Assembly: GCA_010909165.1 (NCBI GenBank)
Contig: MU008206.1
Coordinates: 248,001 to 312,000 of the forward strand
DNA length: 64,000 bases
DNA from: Anthoceros angustus
Lineage: Eukaryota; Plantae; Anthocerotophyta
Direction of reading: 5' to 3'
Part shown: in pieces, positions 13,278-25,356 of the stretch
Layout of the letters: the number at the start of each line of letters is the position of its first letter
Position numbering within the stretch: the stretch's first letter is position 1
Notes under the pieces: model-generated
Seen by the model: the letters and a program-made list of their open reading frames with translations, nothing else
Databases searched by the model: none
Told to the model about the DNA's origin: nothing
Position numbers and translations under genes: made by a program

Positions 13278-13685
13278 CACCTTAACTATTTAACGTCAAG
13301 TTATCCAACCCGAGACCGAGGATCGAGATGCTAAACACCGGCCAAGGAGGAATTGCACTCGCGACGATGCGGTCGACTGCACTGGTGCATTGAAAGGCGA
13401 ACCAGCGCGTATTTAAAAATCACCGCGAAAGACGTGATGAAGAAAGCGGCGCTAAGCGCGGCTGCAGCAACGAATCGAGATGGCGTCAGCAAACTCACAG
13501 GCGCGTGGCGGTGAGACGATGAAGAAGCAAGCCTGCGTCCCGGAGGATCAGATGAGGCAGCTGAAAGACCAGCTGGAGAAGGCTGCCAAAGTCCCATTGC
13601 CAAAATAGATTGCGCTGGGTGCCAAACGATTAGATAGGCAAAGGAGCTTCATCCGTCTAGCACCTGGAGCATTCACCTGCGGATG

Positions 13686-15187
13686 TCAAGGCAAGTAAGA
13701 AGAGTACTCTACCAGGCCCAGTGCCTCCATATGAAAAACATGCTTGCTTGTCGGTAAGCTCTTTGTAAGCACGTCAGTTGTATTCAGCTCCGTTGATATG
13801 TGCTGGATTTTGATCACCTTGCGCTCCACGGAATGTCTGACGTAGTGATGGTGAATTTCTATGTGCTTAGTGCGCGCATGAAAACGCGGATTCCCGACCA
13901 AAGCGATAGTAGACATGTTGTCGCAGAAGATGGTTGTGGGAATCGACTGCGGAAAGCCCAAGCCGGCTAGAAAAGTGCGCTCCCATTCACCTCCTTGGCT
14001 GAGTCCGTAAGTGCTTTGTATTCGGCCTCCGTGGATGAGCTATGGATGCCTGTTTCTTAGAACTCCAGTTGACAGCTGCACCAGATAGCATGAAACAATA
14101 CGCGGAGATGCTCTTGCGTTGATCTGGGTCAGTGGCCCAGTCAGCATCTGCGTATCCCTCAAGAGTGATGGCATTGTCAGTGCCTTGGAAACATAATCCG
14201 AAAGTAGATGTGCCTTTAAGGTATCGGAGGATCCTTTTAACTGCCATCCAGTGTTCGGGGCCTGGATTCTCAAGATATTGAGAAACTGCACTAACGGAGT
14301 GCTGGATGTCGGGCCTTGTCCAGCAGCTAATGTAGTTGAGACAACCCACAGCGTGCCGATAAGGAATCTGGCTCATAGCTTCACGTTCATAGTCGTCTTA
14401 TGGACTCTGTTGAGCAGAGAGTTTAACCCCAACGCTTCCTGGTGTGCTTACAGGCTTAGCATCCTGCAGATTGAAACATCGAAGAGTTTCGTCAATGTAC
14501 TTGGTCTGGTGCAGGACAAGTGCTCTGTTGGGTCTATCTCTCAGCAGCTGAACGCCAAGGACAAAGGTAAGTTGTCCAATGTCTTTCATGTCGTACTGCT
14601 TGTGCAACATACCCTTTACCCAATCCAGTAGCTCTTTGTTGTTGGATGCCAGTATAGCATCACAACATAAAGTGCTAGGATGACCAAGTAACCTCCTTTG
14701 GAATATATGTATACGTTGGCATCAGCTGAGTTCTGGATGAAGCCTATCGACTTGAGGTACTTGTCTATACACTTGTACCATTCACGAGCACTTTGCTTCA
14801 AGCCGTATAGAGTTTTCTTGAGCCTGCAAACCCAATCTGGATGTTCAGGATCCACGAAACCTGTCGATCCATGTATATGTCTTCTTCAAGCTCTCCATAC
14901 AGAAAGGCGGTTGAAACGTCCATTTGTTCAAGATCCCAGTCTCGGGCAGCTGCTAGAGCTAACATCATTCTGATTGACTGTGTCTTGACAACAGGGCTGA
15001 ACGTCTCGTTGAAGTCTACACCTGCAACTTGGGAGAAACCCCGAGCAACCAAACGTGACTTATATCGTGCTATTTCTCCCTGGGCATTCAGCTTGTGTTT
15101 AAATACCCACTTGCAGCTAACCGTCCTCCTCCCAGCAGGTAAAGGACAAAGCTCCCATGTCCCATTCTTTATAAGCGAATTGTATTC
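13686..15187 (-). pseudogene. Copia A pol: reverse transcriptase and RNase H (frameshifted)
   Basis: EYNSLIKNGTWEL...CKWVFK...YKSRLVARGFSQ...QMDVSTAFLYG, LYGLKQSAREW, LALYV, TRPDI, GYADADWA, CDN...HARTKHIEI. Confidence 0.95.
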
Positions 15188-16040
15188 GGGTGTCCGCACG
15201 CTTTGGTGGCACGCAGCATAGAAAAACTGGTTGTGTCATTTGGTCACATGGACCAGCCTCACGGTCACCGAATTCAAAATTACACACGGAAGGAACCTCA
15301 TGGAACATAAAAATGTGTGCTCCGCGTGTTTTCGCTCTTGTGAAGACCGGAACCGATCGTGCATAACCAAACGCTTGGACTTCGCCCATTGTCCGCTATC
15401 CCGTTGATGTCACCGTGGACACGGTGGGTCTTGCTTTGGGATGCATTCATGGCATATGTTCTTTGAATTGATGTGAAAAGCTTCGCTCCGCAGACGTACA
15501 TGCATTTGCACCGTGCAAATGCCTCGGAGAGGAGGCGTGGCGGGCGCGCTGCGCGTGGCAAGGTTTCCGGCATGGATTGTGCGGTGTATCGCCGATTGTG
15601 CAAGAATAGCCGACTTGTGATGGAAGTTTCTCAAGCTCGATTGGGGTGGTTACGCCCATGATGGCCCGCTCTCCTTGTAGTCAACGACGGTATTGGCTGA
15701 GAGGAAGCGTCTGCGGAGAGGCGAGCTTTGGCGTGTCGCGAGAAGCGCAAACAGGAATGAACCGGTGGACATAGTAGGCATCGGTGCGAAGAACATCGAC
15801 CTCCACCTCCACAAGCCGAAAGGCAGTGCGCTGCGCGCGATGCAACGCGTTATTTCAAGGTCGTTGGGGTTGATACTGCACAATCTCGCTACCGCCGTAA
15901 ACTAGCAAGGAGCTTGAGAGCAATTCTTGCGGATGACAAGTGAGTTCTCGCAATGTCGCCGTGAGATCTATAGTACTTTGAAGAGCTTCCTCTGAAGGAC
16001 TTTCGACTCCCTGCAATCGATCGAAAGATGAAGAGTTGTT

Positions 16041-16309
16041 TGATGAGAATCAATAGCTCTTAGATAGAAGAGAAACAATGGAATGAATTGATTAATGAGT
16101 AAAGTACAAGCCTTTAAATAGGCTGGGTGGTTGGTGGTTACAACAATATGTTGTTGTAACCATAAGTAGTTGCAACCATAAGTTGTTGCAACTATAAGTT
16201 GTTGTAACTAGTTGTTGTAACAACTAACTACCTAAAGCCCTAGCTCTAAATTAATGTTTAAGTAATGAGGCCCTAATGAATAGTGCCCTAAGCTAGACCT
16301 ATTTCATCA
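16041..16309 (-). repeat. 3' LTR of copia B
   Basis: By eye it differs from 23488-23758 only by two 1-bp indels. Confidence 0.95.
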
Positions 16310-16734
16310 CTCCCACTCACTATGAATGTAGGGGTGAATTCTAGCTTCAAAATGAGGTCTAAATCATAGATAGACTCCACTTAATCAAAAGTTATAAGCC
16401 TAAGAAAATGCACAACTTAAGCTGCTTGATGAATAAATAAGCCTGAAATAGAAAACTTAATATGTCCACCAAAATATTCACCGAATAAGGTTGAAAAATA
16501 ATAGCCTAAAATAGCTCCGAAATAGGCTTAAAAGAGGCCTAAAATAAAATAAATCAGGGGCCCGAAAATAAAAAGGCCCTTAAAAATACTTTAAATGGAT
16601 AAGCCAATACGGCTTATCCTAAATCGCCGCCCCGCCACGATTAATGGGCACAGGGGCAGACGGCGTTAAGGCCTTCCGCACCGCCGCGCACACGAGGCGG
16701 TGTCGGAGGATAGCCGTCATTGTCGGCTCTCCTC

Positions 16735-16865
16735 CTCCCGCGCATCGCGCCCGCTCGCGCCGCGCCTCGCCGCCGCATCGCGCCCGCTCGCCGCCGCCGC
16801 CGCCGCATCCGGCTCGTGGAGATCGCTCGCCGCCGCATCGCGCCCGCCGCGCATCGCGCCGCGCT
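16735..16865. repeat. GC-rich tandem repeats (CGCCGCCGCATCGCGCCCGCTCG-like) in the copia B 3' region
   Basis: About 5 degenerate copies of C(C/G)GCATC(G/C)-containing units. Confidence 0.75.
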
Positions 16866-17050
16866 TGGTGCTCCCTTTTGCCTGGTTTGTCCACATCTAA
16901 GCGCATAGCACTCGTGTGATATGCATGATGGCAGTGTCCTTGATGGAAAGTCTGAAAATTGCTGGCTTATTATATGTCCATAGTGTGTGCCACAAAGTTG
17001 GAGTGGAGACTATCTCGTGTTAATATATACGCTTGATAGTAGGTGAGTTC

Positions 17051-17122
17051 CATTTTGCATATTCTTCCATTTTCCTGTTTTCCATTTTCCATTTTCCATT
17101 TTCCATATCTTCCATTTTCCAT
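17051..17122. repeat. (CCATTTT)n heptamer microsatellite
   Basis: Degenerate run of TTTTCCA units. Confidence 0.8.
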
Positions 17123-18260
17123 GTCTTGGTCTCTAAGAAAAAAGGCCTAATGTGGTGGCAGGTCCTCTGCGGAGGAAGGCTCCCCCCATGCTCCAAAGGA
17201 CGAGGCCATAAAGAAAATGAAGAGAGCAAACCGAGTAGCAAGAAGAGAAGAAAACTTGCCGCACGTGGAGAAAAGGAAAAATTGAGCGGAAGCCTGCGCA
17301 TCTTGTGGTATAGAGATGCACTTGCACGGGTGAAGAGATCCCGATGTCGGGCCCGGCCGTAATATAGGAAATGATATGGAAGATCCTAATTTCGTGAATT
17401 CGCAAGCATGTGCCGAGGTGGCTAAACAGTGGAGAAAAGCCGATGGAGAAGATGACGCCTTGGTGGTACAAGCACCGGAAAAACCGATGTTGTCATCAAA
17501 GAAGTCGAGGGGCTGGTAAGCCAATAAAAATGCAAAATAAATTGCAATAAATAATTTGATTGCATAAAAATACTAATGATTGTTGATGTAGATAATCCAA
17601 CTACCGAGGGGCTGGAGCAGTATCCTCTGAGTGTCCCGGGTATGACGACTTCAACATAGAAGAAGAGTCGGAGGTCGGGGACTCCATAAACAGACGAGGC
17701 CCCAGTCAGATGTGAGGGCAGCCCAAGTGGAGAGCATATGCTAGCCGACATAGGAGAAGTAGGGGCTAGGGAAAAGAAAAGTGAGTAGGTGTAAAACCTA
17801 TAGTTAGGGGCTAGTAACTAGTGTAACCTATGCTAATAATAAGCTAATCTACATCTATTTTGCAGATGTGGAGAAAGGGTAGGCACAAGCCATGTGAGGT
17901 TTGCCCTACCTCTACAACCTATAACAAAACAAAAGGAAAATACCAAACTCCTATTTGCCACTGAAACCTATGCGAGCAACATACATGGTGCTTCCGGAGG
18001 AAAGGACGACCAGAAGTCCCCATGGAATATGTATGTGAGAAAAAGGGATAAAAATGATGTGGTTAGGTGCATATCCATGTGAAGAGTACGAAGGACACAC
18101 CAAGCACTTGTATAGTAAGTGACCTAACTTCGAATGACTAACTCAACACCATTTTTCTTCCCGTAACCCATGGAGTGTTTTGTAGGGTCCTTTTGGGCAT
18201 TAGAGAGAGAAGAGAAGGAGTACAGATGATTACTTGGAAATAGAAGAGGAAATAAACATG

Positions 18261-21200
18261 CTAGATAAACTTTGTGGATTGTAAAATTGGAAAATACCCA
18301 CTAGCTAGTGGCTTAACCTCTTGTACTCCTAACATTTTCATGTGTTTTAAATGCAAATCTCTTCCTAATGACTTGGTTAAAAGGTCAGCTGGGTTGTTTT
18401 GAGTTGGTATATAATTGATATCTATTGTTTTATTTTCTAACATTTCGTATGTAATGATACTCATCGCTATATGTTTAGTTCGAGTGGAAAAGGGGTTCCT
18501 AGCTAAGGCAATAGCCCCCTCATCAGAGAGAGGTGTAGGTCCATCTTGGGGATAATTCAACTCTCTCAATGCTAACCTACTCCGACTATATCCTTGGAGA
18601 CGAGGTGAGGACCCTATACTCGACTCATCGACAAAGCAATGGTTGGTTGTTTCTTACTTGACCATGAAATGGGTGCACCTCCTAGCGAATGCATAGCCGG
18701 ATCTGATTTGCGGCTATCGGGATCTCCAAGATAGTCGGCATCGATAAGTCGTTAATTGTAACTTAGATATGCCGGAACATGTTTATACATCAATCCTGTG
18801 CATAGTCCCTTTTAAATACCTGAATATTCTCTTGACACATTGCCAATGTTGTCGCCCGTGATTCTCAAAAATTGTGAGATCGCACTAACTTCAAAAGATA
18901 TATCGGGTCTTGTGAAGTTACTTAAATATATTAAGGTGCCAACAGATGTATGGTACACGACATTCGCTTTCTGCATCCGTTTTAGGGCTCATATCTCGTA
19001 AGCCTTGTGCCACTTGGAAATGGTGTGGCCGGCTTAGCATCTTCTAGTCCAAACTTCTTTAAGCTTTCTTTTATATATTTTGTTTGAACCAAGGAAATGG
19101 ATTTATTACCTCTATTTCTTATAATGTTAACGCCAAGGGCATAACTAAGGTCTCCTGTGTCATCATTTCATAATGACTTCTCAACCATGCTTTAATTTCA
19201 GCTAGATGGGAGAGTGAAGATGAAGCTAAAAATAAGTCATCCACATATAGTAAGAGGTAAATTGTGTACTGTTTAGTCTTCAGGATATACATGCTAGCAT
19301 CTGCTTTGCTTTGAACAAAACCATATTTTGTAAGCTTGTCATGTATATCATTATTCCATTCCTTGCCTGATTGCTTAAGGCCATAAATGCCTTTAATGAG
19401 CCTGCATACATGGTCTTCTTTACCTTTGACTTCATAGCCTTGTTGTCTCATGTATATTTCTTCTTGGATTCGCCATGCAGATAGGCGCTTTGACGTCCAT
19501 CATGTGAAGATGTAAGTCATGTTGAGCGGACAAGGCTATTATAATTCGAGGAGGCAAACTTTGCTCGGTGCATAGGTAGCCTGGTATGTAATCTAAACCC
19601 GGTATCTGGTAAACCCTCCGCTACCTTGCCTTATATCGCTCAATAGAACCATCACCCTTACGTTTGATTTTAAAGACCCATTTACTTCCCACTATTTTTC
19701 TCCCTTTGGGTGGTTTAACTAATTCCCATGTGGAGTTTTCTACTAAAGAGTTGTACTCAATCATCGCTACCTTCCATGTGTCTTTCTCGGAGAGGAAAAT
19801 GCTTGTTTCAAGGTTAGCGGTTCCTCTGGATCAACTGGCTTTGTAAACTTGATAATAAGGTGTGAGAGGAGAAATGGGGTCATCAAGTGACAAGATATCC
19901 CAAAGGTGGTTCCTTCCATCCAGCAGTCCTGCAATGGGGTCTAGTCCTAAGATTGTACCTTGGTGCGGGTTGTTGAATGTGTTCTTCAATGTCGACCACT
20001 TGTTGAGTGGTTCGTGTAACGCAGCTCTTGTTCGCTCGTCGTCGAATTCATCCACTTGCTCGCCGACGGCTCATCCTCAAAGGAATACGATCCTCCTCAC
20101 GAATTTCAACATCATAGTCGATTTCATCATCGGTTAAATGTTGAGGTTCTTCTAAATCGGGATCCGGAGTAGTTGGTCGTCTTGGAATATATTCTAACTC
20201 CTCCTCCTCCTCCGCAATGAGGTTCATCCATAGGAGCTTCTGCGGAGGGAGTGAATGAATGATGACAAAATCATCGTCATCAAAGTGGAAGGCTCGGATG
20301 CGCAGAGGAAGGAGCATCGGGAGTAATGGGAGCGATGCCCCCATAATAGGAGAAAGAATATGAGATTCATGAAAGGTCACGCTCCTAGCATAAATGAGCT
20401 TTCGGGTAGATGGGTCAAATAACTTGTAACCCTTAATGCCTTCGTGTAGCCAATAAAGGTATATTTGGCTGCCTTGGGATCCGACTTCTTGCGTTGTACT
20501 TTGGGGATGAACACATAGCGGGGATCCAAGATTCGTAAATGATCAATGAAGGTTTTCTCCGAAAAGCTTCATATGGAGTCATGCCTTGATCGGAAGTTGG
20601 CGGTCTATTAAGGAGATATGTTGTCAATATAGCTTCAATAACTTTTAGATAATGTAGCTTGGGTGAGCAAACACTGTGATCTCCGGAGGCGTAAATTTTG
20701 TTTTCGCTACATTTCTTTGAGGTGTGTACCACACTAAGTTGTTGCGCTATACCTTGGCAAATTCAGCAAATTCATTGAAGTGAACTCTCCTCCATTATCG
20801 GAGCGAAGAGTTTTAAGCTTCCGGTAAGTCTCTCGCCCACATCATATATTCTTTGAAGAAAGAAAAGGCGACTCTTATGGCGGAGGATGTAGGTGAGGAC
20901 AACCGGAATAATCATCGATGAAGGTTAAAAATATCTACAACCACTAAATGAAGGTGCGGATATCGGACCACAAATGTCTGTGAACCAACTCTAAGGGTGC
21001 CTAGCCCTCCGAGGGATGGATTGTGGAATGGAGCTTGATGACGTTTGGTTATGACGCAAGCTTCACACGAGAGAGGTTCAAGTTTAGGAATACAGGAGTT
21101 CTATCGTTTCCTTAGACATTTGGATAAGCTTTTGGCTATTCGGATGACCTAATCGACAGTGCCAAAGCATGGTGCTTGAAGAGTGGAATGGGAGGCTACA

Positions 21201-22907
21201 TTGATGAGGTGTAACGGACCCACTTGACCGAGAGTTTATAGAGTCCATCTTCTAGTGTGCAGGCAGTTGTGTGATACTTATTAGTATGATAGTAAAGGAG
21301 ACACAAATCGGCTTCAAGGATAATTTGCATGTTATGTTCTTGACATAAACTAGCGGTGACACTAGATTCTTGCACATGGAGGGTACATAAAGGACATGGG
21401 AGAGAGTAAGAACCTGCCCGGTGGAGCACTTTAATGCCACGGAACCTACACCAAATATGGTGAGGTTATGGTCGTCGCCTAGGAGCACTGTTTGTTGTCC
21501 TTTTGATGGCGAATACGACTCAAAAAAGTTAAGGTCGTGACATATATGAGATGTTGCACCACTGTCTAAATACCAATTTTGGTTTGATGGCTTGGAACTT
21601 GCCAAGCAGACAGTGAGTGCTGATGGAGTTGCCGTGGAGGGCTTCTTCTTAACGGCAACATGTGCTCCTGTGGTGACCTCCTTCTTTGGCTCACCATTTT
21701 TCTTCTTCCAACAATCCTTCTCCATATGGTTGGTCATCTTGCACCAATTGCAGGTAACTCCAGCCTTCTTCATGCCTTTTGAAGGTTTAAATGAAGAAGT
21801 GGATGGTCCTTGAAAATTTTGAGTAGGAGTCGGTCTAGGAGTGAAGTTTCCGCCTCGGCCACGTCCTCTTCCTCCGCCCCGTACATTACTTGCGCGGGCT
21901 GATCGGGATTTTCATTTCGACGGCTTGCGTCCTCCTCAATAAGTGCTCCAATTAATTCACTTACCGATATCCGGTTGTGGAGCCGTTAATTTCTTCTTTT
22001 GTGCAGCTCTAAGGACCGCATTTTGCGTTGTCACAAAGGGCCTATAGGAGGGCAAGTGGCGAGGAGAGCAATAAAAGTTTGTTTCTCCGTAAGTTTTCTT
22101 GAGGATGCATTGAAAATTATTCTTGCACACGGAAGTTGCTCAAGTGTTGTTGTAAGGAATCGCCTCCTTCATCCTTATAGTATATAAGTGACGTGTGGCG
22201 TCAATAAGCTCATTCCATCTTTGGAGGCATAAGTCGAGCTAACTTCTCCCACATCTCTACCGGTGTTTGCGTCGCAACTTGGAGTACCATCGCTCGTAAG
22301 TCCGTTCATTAAAACGCGTCTGCCTCCGATCTTTGGCTTCCCATTCATCTATAGCATCGAGTCCCAAGTGGAACATTCTTCCGCACTGCTGACAATATTC
22401 CATAAGTCGCGTCACAGACACCTTGGGCACGTGTTGCCATACACGTACCCTTGCCGTTGAATCTATCTTTGTCTTTAAAGTTGTCACCTTGAATCACTTG
22501 AGGCTTGGATTCATTACGCTTTTTAGCTTTCTCCTTTTCTTCCCTTTTAAATTGCTCCCATTCATCTCGCCATATAGATTGTTGTTCTTCAAGCCATTTG
22601 GTCTTTTGGGCGGCCAAAAATTTTGCTCTGGCTGCGCCGAAGTCATCAATATCCACGTCGAGATCGTCCGACCCCACCATTGCAAGTAATTTTAATGATG
22701 CAGGTTATGCCGTGGTTGACACGCCGTCTTCTTGCATTGTTTTGCAGGAAAGAGGCGCGAGCAGGCACAACATTTCTTCAAATTATGAATTTCTGCATCA
22801 TAATCAGAATCTGCAGACTTACAATCAAGTGAGAAGAGACCTTGTGAAAGGTCTCGGTCAACAAGTCTATCAGTGATAATATTGATTTGTTGTGTATTGT
22901 AAGTCAA
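18261..22907 (-). pseudogene. Copia B gag-pol (frameshifted as assembled)
   Basis: KDKDRFNG, zinc knuckle CNWCKMTNHMEKDC, protease WYLDSGATSHIC, YLLNRPPT..TPYE, IYGLKQSGKEW, LLYVDDL, RTKHI...NPADLLTKSL. Confidence 0.93.
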
Positions 22908-23475
22908 TTTCTCATTGATAGCAGAGTGATTTATTCTAAGTTCTGCTCTAATGGAATCAAGAGATTGCTGCAGATGATCCGGATTAGGAGCGAAGATACT
23001 AGCCTTATTTTTATGTACTTAGAGATGGCGGACTCTATAGCACTATATTGATAAAGGCTAAATGTAGAAAGGAGAGCTTTACGAGCATAAATGATATCTT
23101 GTACTCTATCTCGACTTAGACAAAGGGCTTCAATGAGACAACATACTTGTGCCTCTAAAACATCAATCGAGGAGAATTGAGGTCAAACTCCTCGAATGTA
23201 AGAAGATTTGATTTGATGTTGTTTCTTCTTCTTGGAAGCCTTGATCTTCCTCCTAAATTCTTGTCTGCTAGGATTAAAGGAATCCATGGAGGGCAGACAA
23301 GAAATTGATGCACAATGTGTGCATCATTGTGCGCTGGTCACCAGATGATTGCTGCTAAAGGCGAAATCTCCACGCTGCATTATCTTCATTTGAAGTACTA
23401 CAAACGCAAAAGCATTGGAGAGTAAATTGCCTAGAGCATAAGGAAGCAGAGGTGCTCAAGCACAAAGAGCTATAT

Positions 23476-23487
23476 GCTCTGATACCA
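23476..23487 (-). promoter_or_regulatory. Primer-binding site (tRNA-iMet) of copia B
   Basis: Minus-strand TGGTATCAGAGC directly follows the 5' LTR. Confidence 0.95.
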
Positions 23488-23758
23488 TGATGAGAATCAA
23501 TAGCTCTTAGATAGAAGAGAAACAATGGAATGAATTGATTAATGAGTAAAGTACAAGCCTTTAAATAGGCTGGGTGGTTGGGTGGTTACAACAATATGTT
23601 GTTGTAACCATAAGTAGTTGCAACCATAAGTTGTTGCAACTATAAGTTGTTGTAACTATGTTGTTGTAACAACTAACTACCTAAAGCCCTAGCTCTAAAT
23701 TAATGTTTAAGTAATGAGGCCCTAATGAATAGTGCCCTAAGCTAGACCTATTTCATCA
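23488..23758 (-). repeat. 5' LTR of copia B
   Basis: Direct repeat of 16041-16309, adjacent to the PBS. Confidence 0.95.
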
Positions 23759-24339
23759 TCATCGCTTCTCATGAGGAATATGAGCACAAAGATGTAAGAA
23801 TTTGAAGGATGTTCAGTCGATCACCGCGAGCCGTAAATACGCCTGAATATCATTTTGTCGCCTCTGGATGACCATCCGATTCCCACATCGCCAAGCACAT
23901 TGGTGTGAGTCGAGCATCCGATCTGCAGCGAAATTGCGGTGGGAAGGATTGTCGGGGCCAAGGTATGTGGTGCGGTCCGGAAGGAAGCTTAGGTCCGATG
24001 TGATCTCGGATGATGTGAAAGCCGGCGTACGCAGTGCAGGAGCTCGCCTCGACCTTCCTCCAACACAAGGACACCAAGCGCCTACGTCGGACCAAACACT
24101 TTTGACCAGCACATCATCCACTTCTTGGATACTTCACGGTGAGATGAATATCTTTGGATTCCATGCTTGTGTTGTGAGTGCGAACCTTCATCCGTGCCCT
24201 CACCTTCCATGCTTGTTTGTACTTCACGCATGCGTTATATGTTAGCACTACCTTCCAAATTCGTGTTTGACTCTTGGGCATGATGGTATTGGGGTCGAAG
24301 GGTGTTCACGTAGGCTTCTCGTATGCATACCGGTGTTGT

Positions 24340-24670
24340 GATTTAGGGACCGGTGATATGGGGTGGATGATTGGTGTTGAGCGAAGGGCTATGTGATGCC
24401 TGTATGGCCTTGTGATGGTTTGGGCTGATTGGTGATGTTGATTCCGCACTGGTTATGTTTTGGGCAAGGCGGGTTCCCAGTTTGGTGTGGGGAGGACGGT
24501 GTTGTGATTTAGGGACCGGTGATATGGGGTGGATGATTGGTGTTGAGCGAAGGGCTATGTGATGCCTGTATGGCCTTGTGATGGTTTGGGCTGATTGGTG
24601 ATGTTGATTCCTGACTGGTTATGTTTTGGGCAAGGCGGGTTCCCAGTTTGGTGTGGGGAGGACGGGGTGT
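24340..24670. repeat. Tandem duplication of about 168 bp in the transposase intron
   Basis: GATTTAGGGACCGGTGATATGGGG...GTGTGGGGAGGACGG occurs twice. Confidence 0.85.
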
Positions 24671-25356
24671 TGTGGTTGCCGCTTGCGTATTGGGGTGGTC
24701 GCCCGGTGATTTTAGTGGACGTGGATGATGTGGACACCGGTGATGTGGTGGTCCGCTATCTTGTTGATTGATGCGTTGGTGATGTGGATGATGGCATGGT
24801 GATAAGGTGGACGGATTGGTGATGTCATGGAGTAGGTGGAGCTGCTTTGCAGCCCTTAGTGATGTGGTGGATGTGTTGGTGTTGTGGATGATGGAATGGT
24901 GATCACACGGTTTGGTGATGTTTTGGAGTTGTTCCATTTTAGTTGGCATCACTTGGTGACCTCGTGTCCGTCGTTGGAAGTGTGTTGCACGTTTTGATAT
25001 TGGCCATCCCATCGGTGATACCACCACTCGCAGGAGTGTATGTAATGAAATCGCTCGTGATGTGTGCGATGCAATTCTACTGCGGTTCGCGAAGAGCATC
25101 CCGACATTTCAATTGGGCAGCGAACTTTTGAGAAATTGAAGCCGTATTTTGTGAAGAGCTGCAGAACGGAACTTGTCTTTATTCTTGGTATCATGTGGAA
25201 ATGGCCTTTCTCAAGGACGCTTTCAATGCTATGCGCGTTGTCTTTCAAGTGTGCATCGGAGGTCAATGTCGCTGTCCATGTGACATATGTGCTCCCCAAG
25301 AAGGTGACGGGCTTGTTCAAGAGTGTAGTGCAACACATGTGTTGTATCCGTCAGGA

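Larger units (their letters stand above)
16041..23758 (-). mobile_element. Ty1/copia LTR retrotransposon B (7.7 kb, full length)
   Basis: LTRs at 16041-16309 and 23488-23758 (TGATGA...TCATCA). PBS at 23476-23487 and PPT-like tract at 16310-16319. gag-pol is on the minus strand. The flanks (TTGTT / TCATC) are not a clean TSD. Confidence 0.95.

Noticed and set aside
23476-23487. tRNA-Met gene
   Set aside because: It is only the 12-nt complement of the tRNA 3' end next to an LTR, that is, a PBS.
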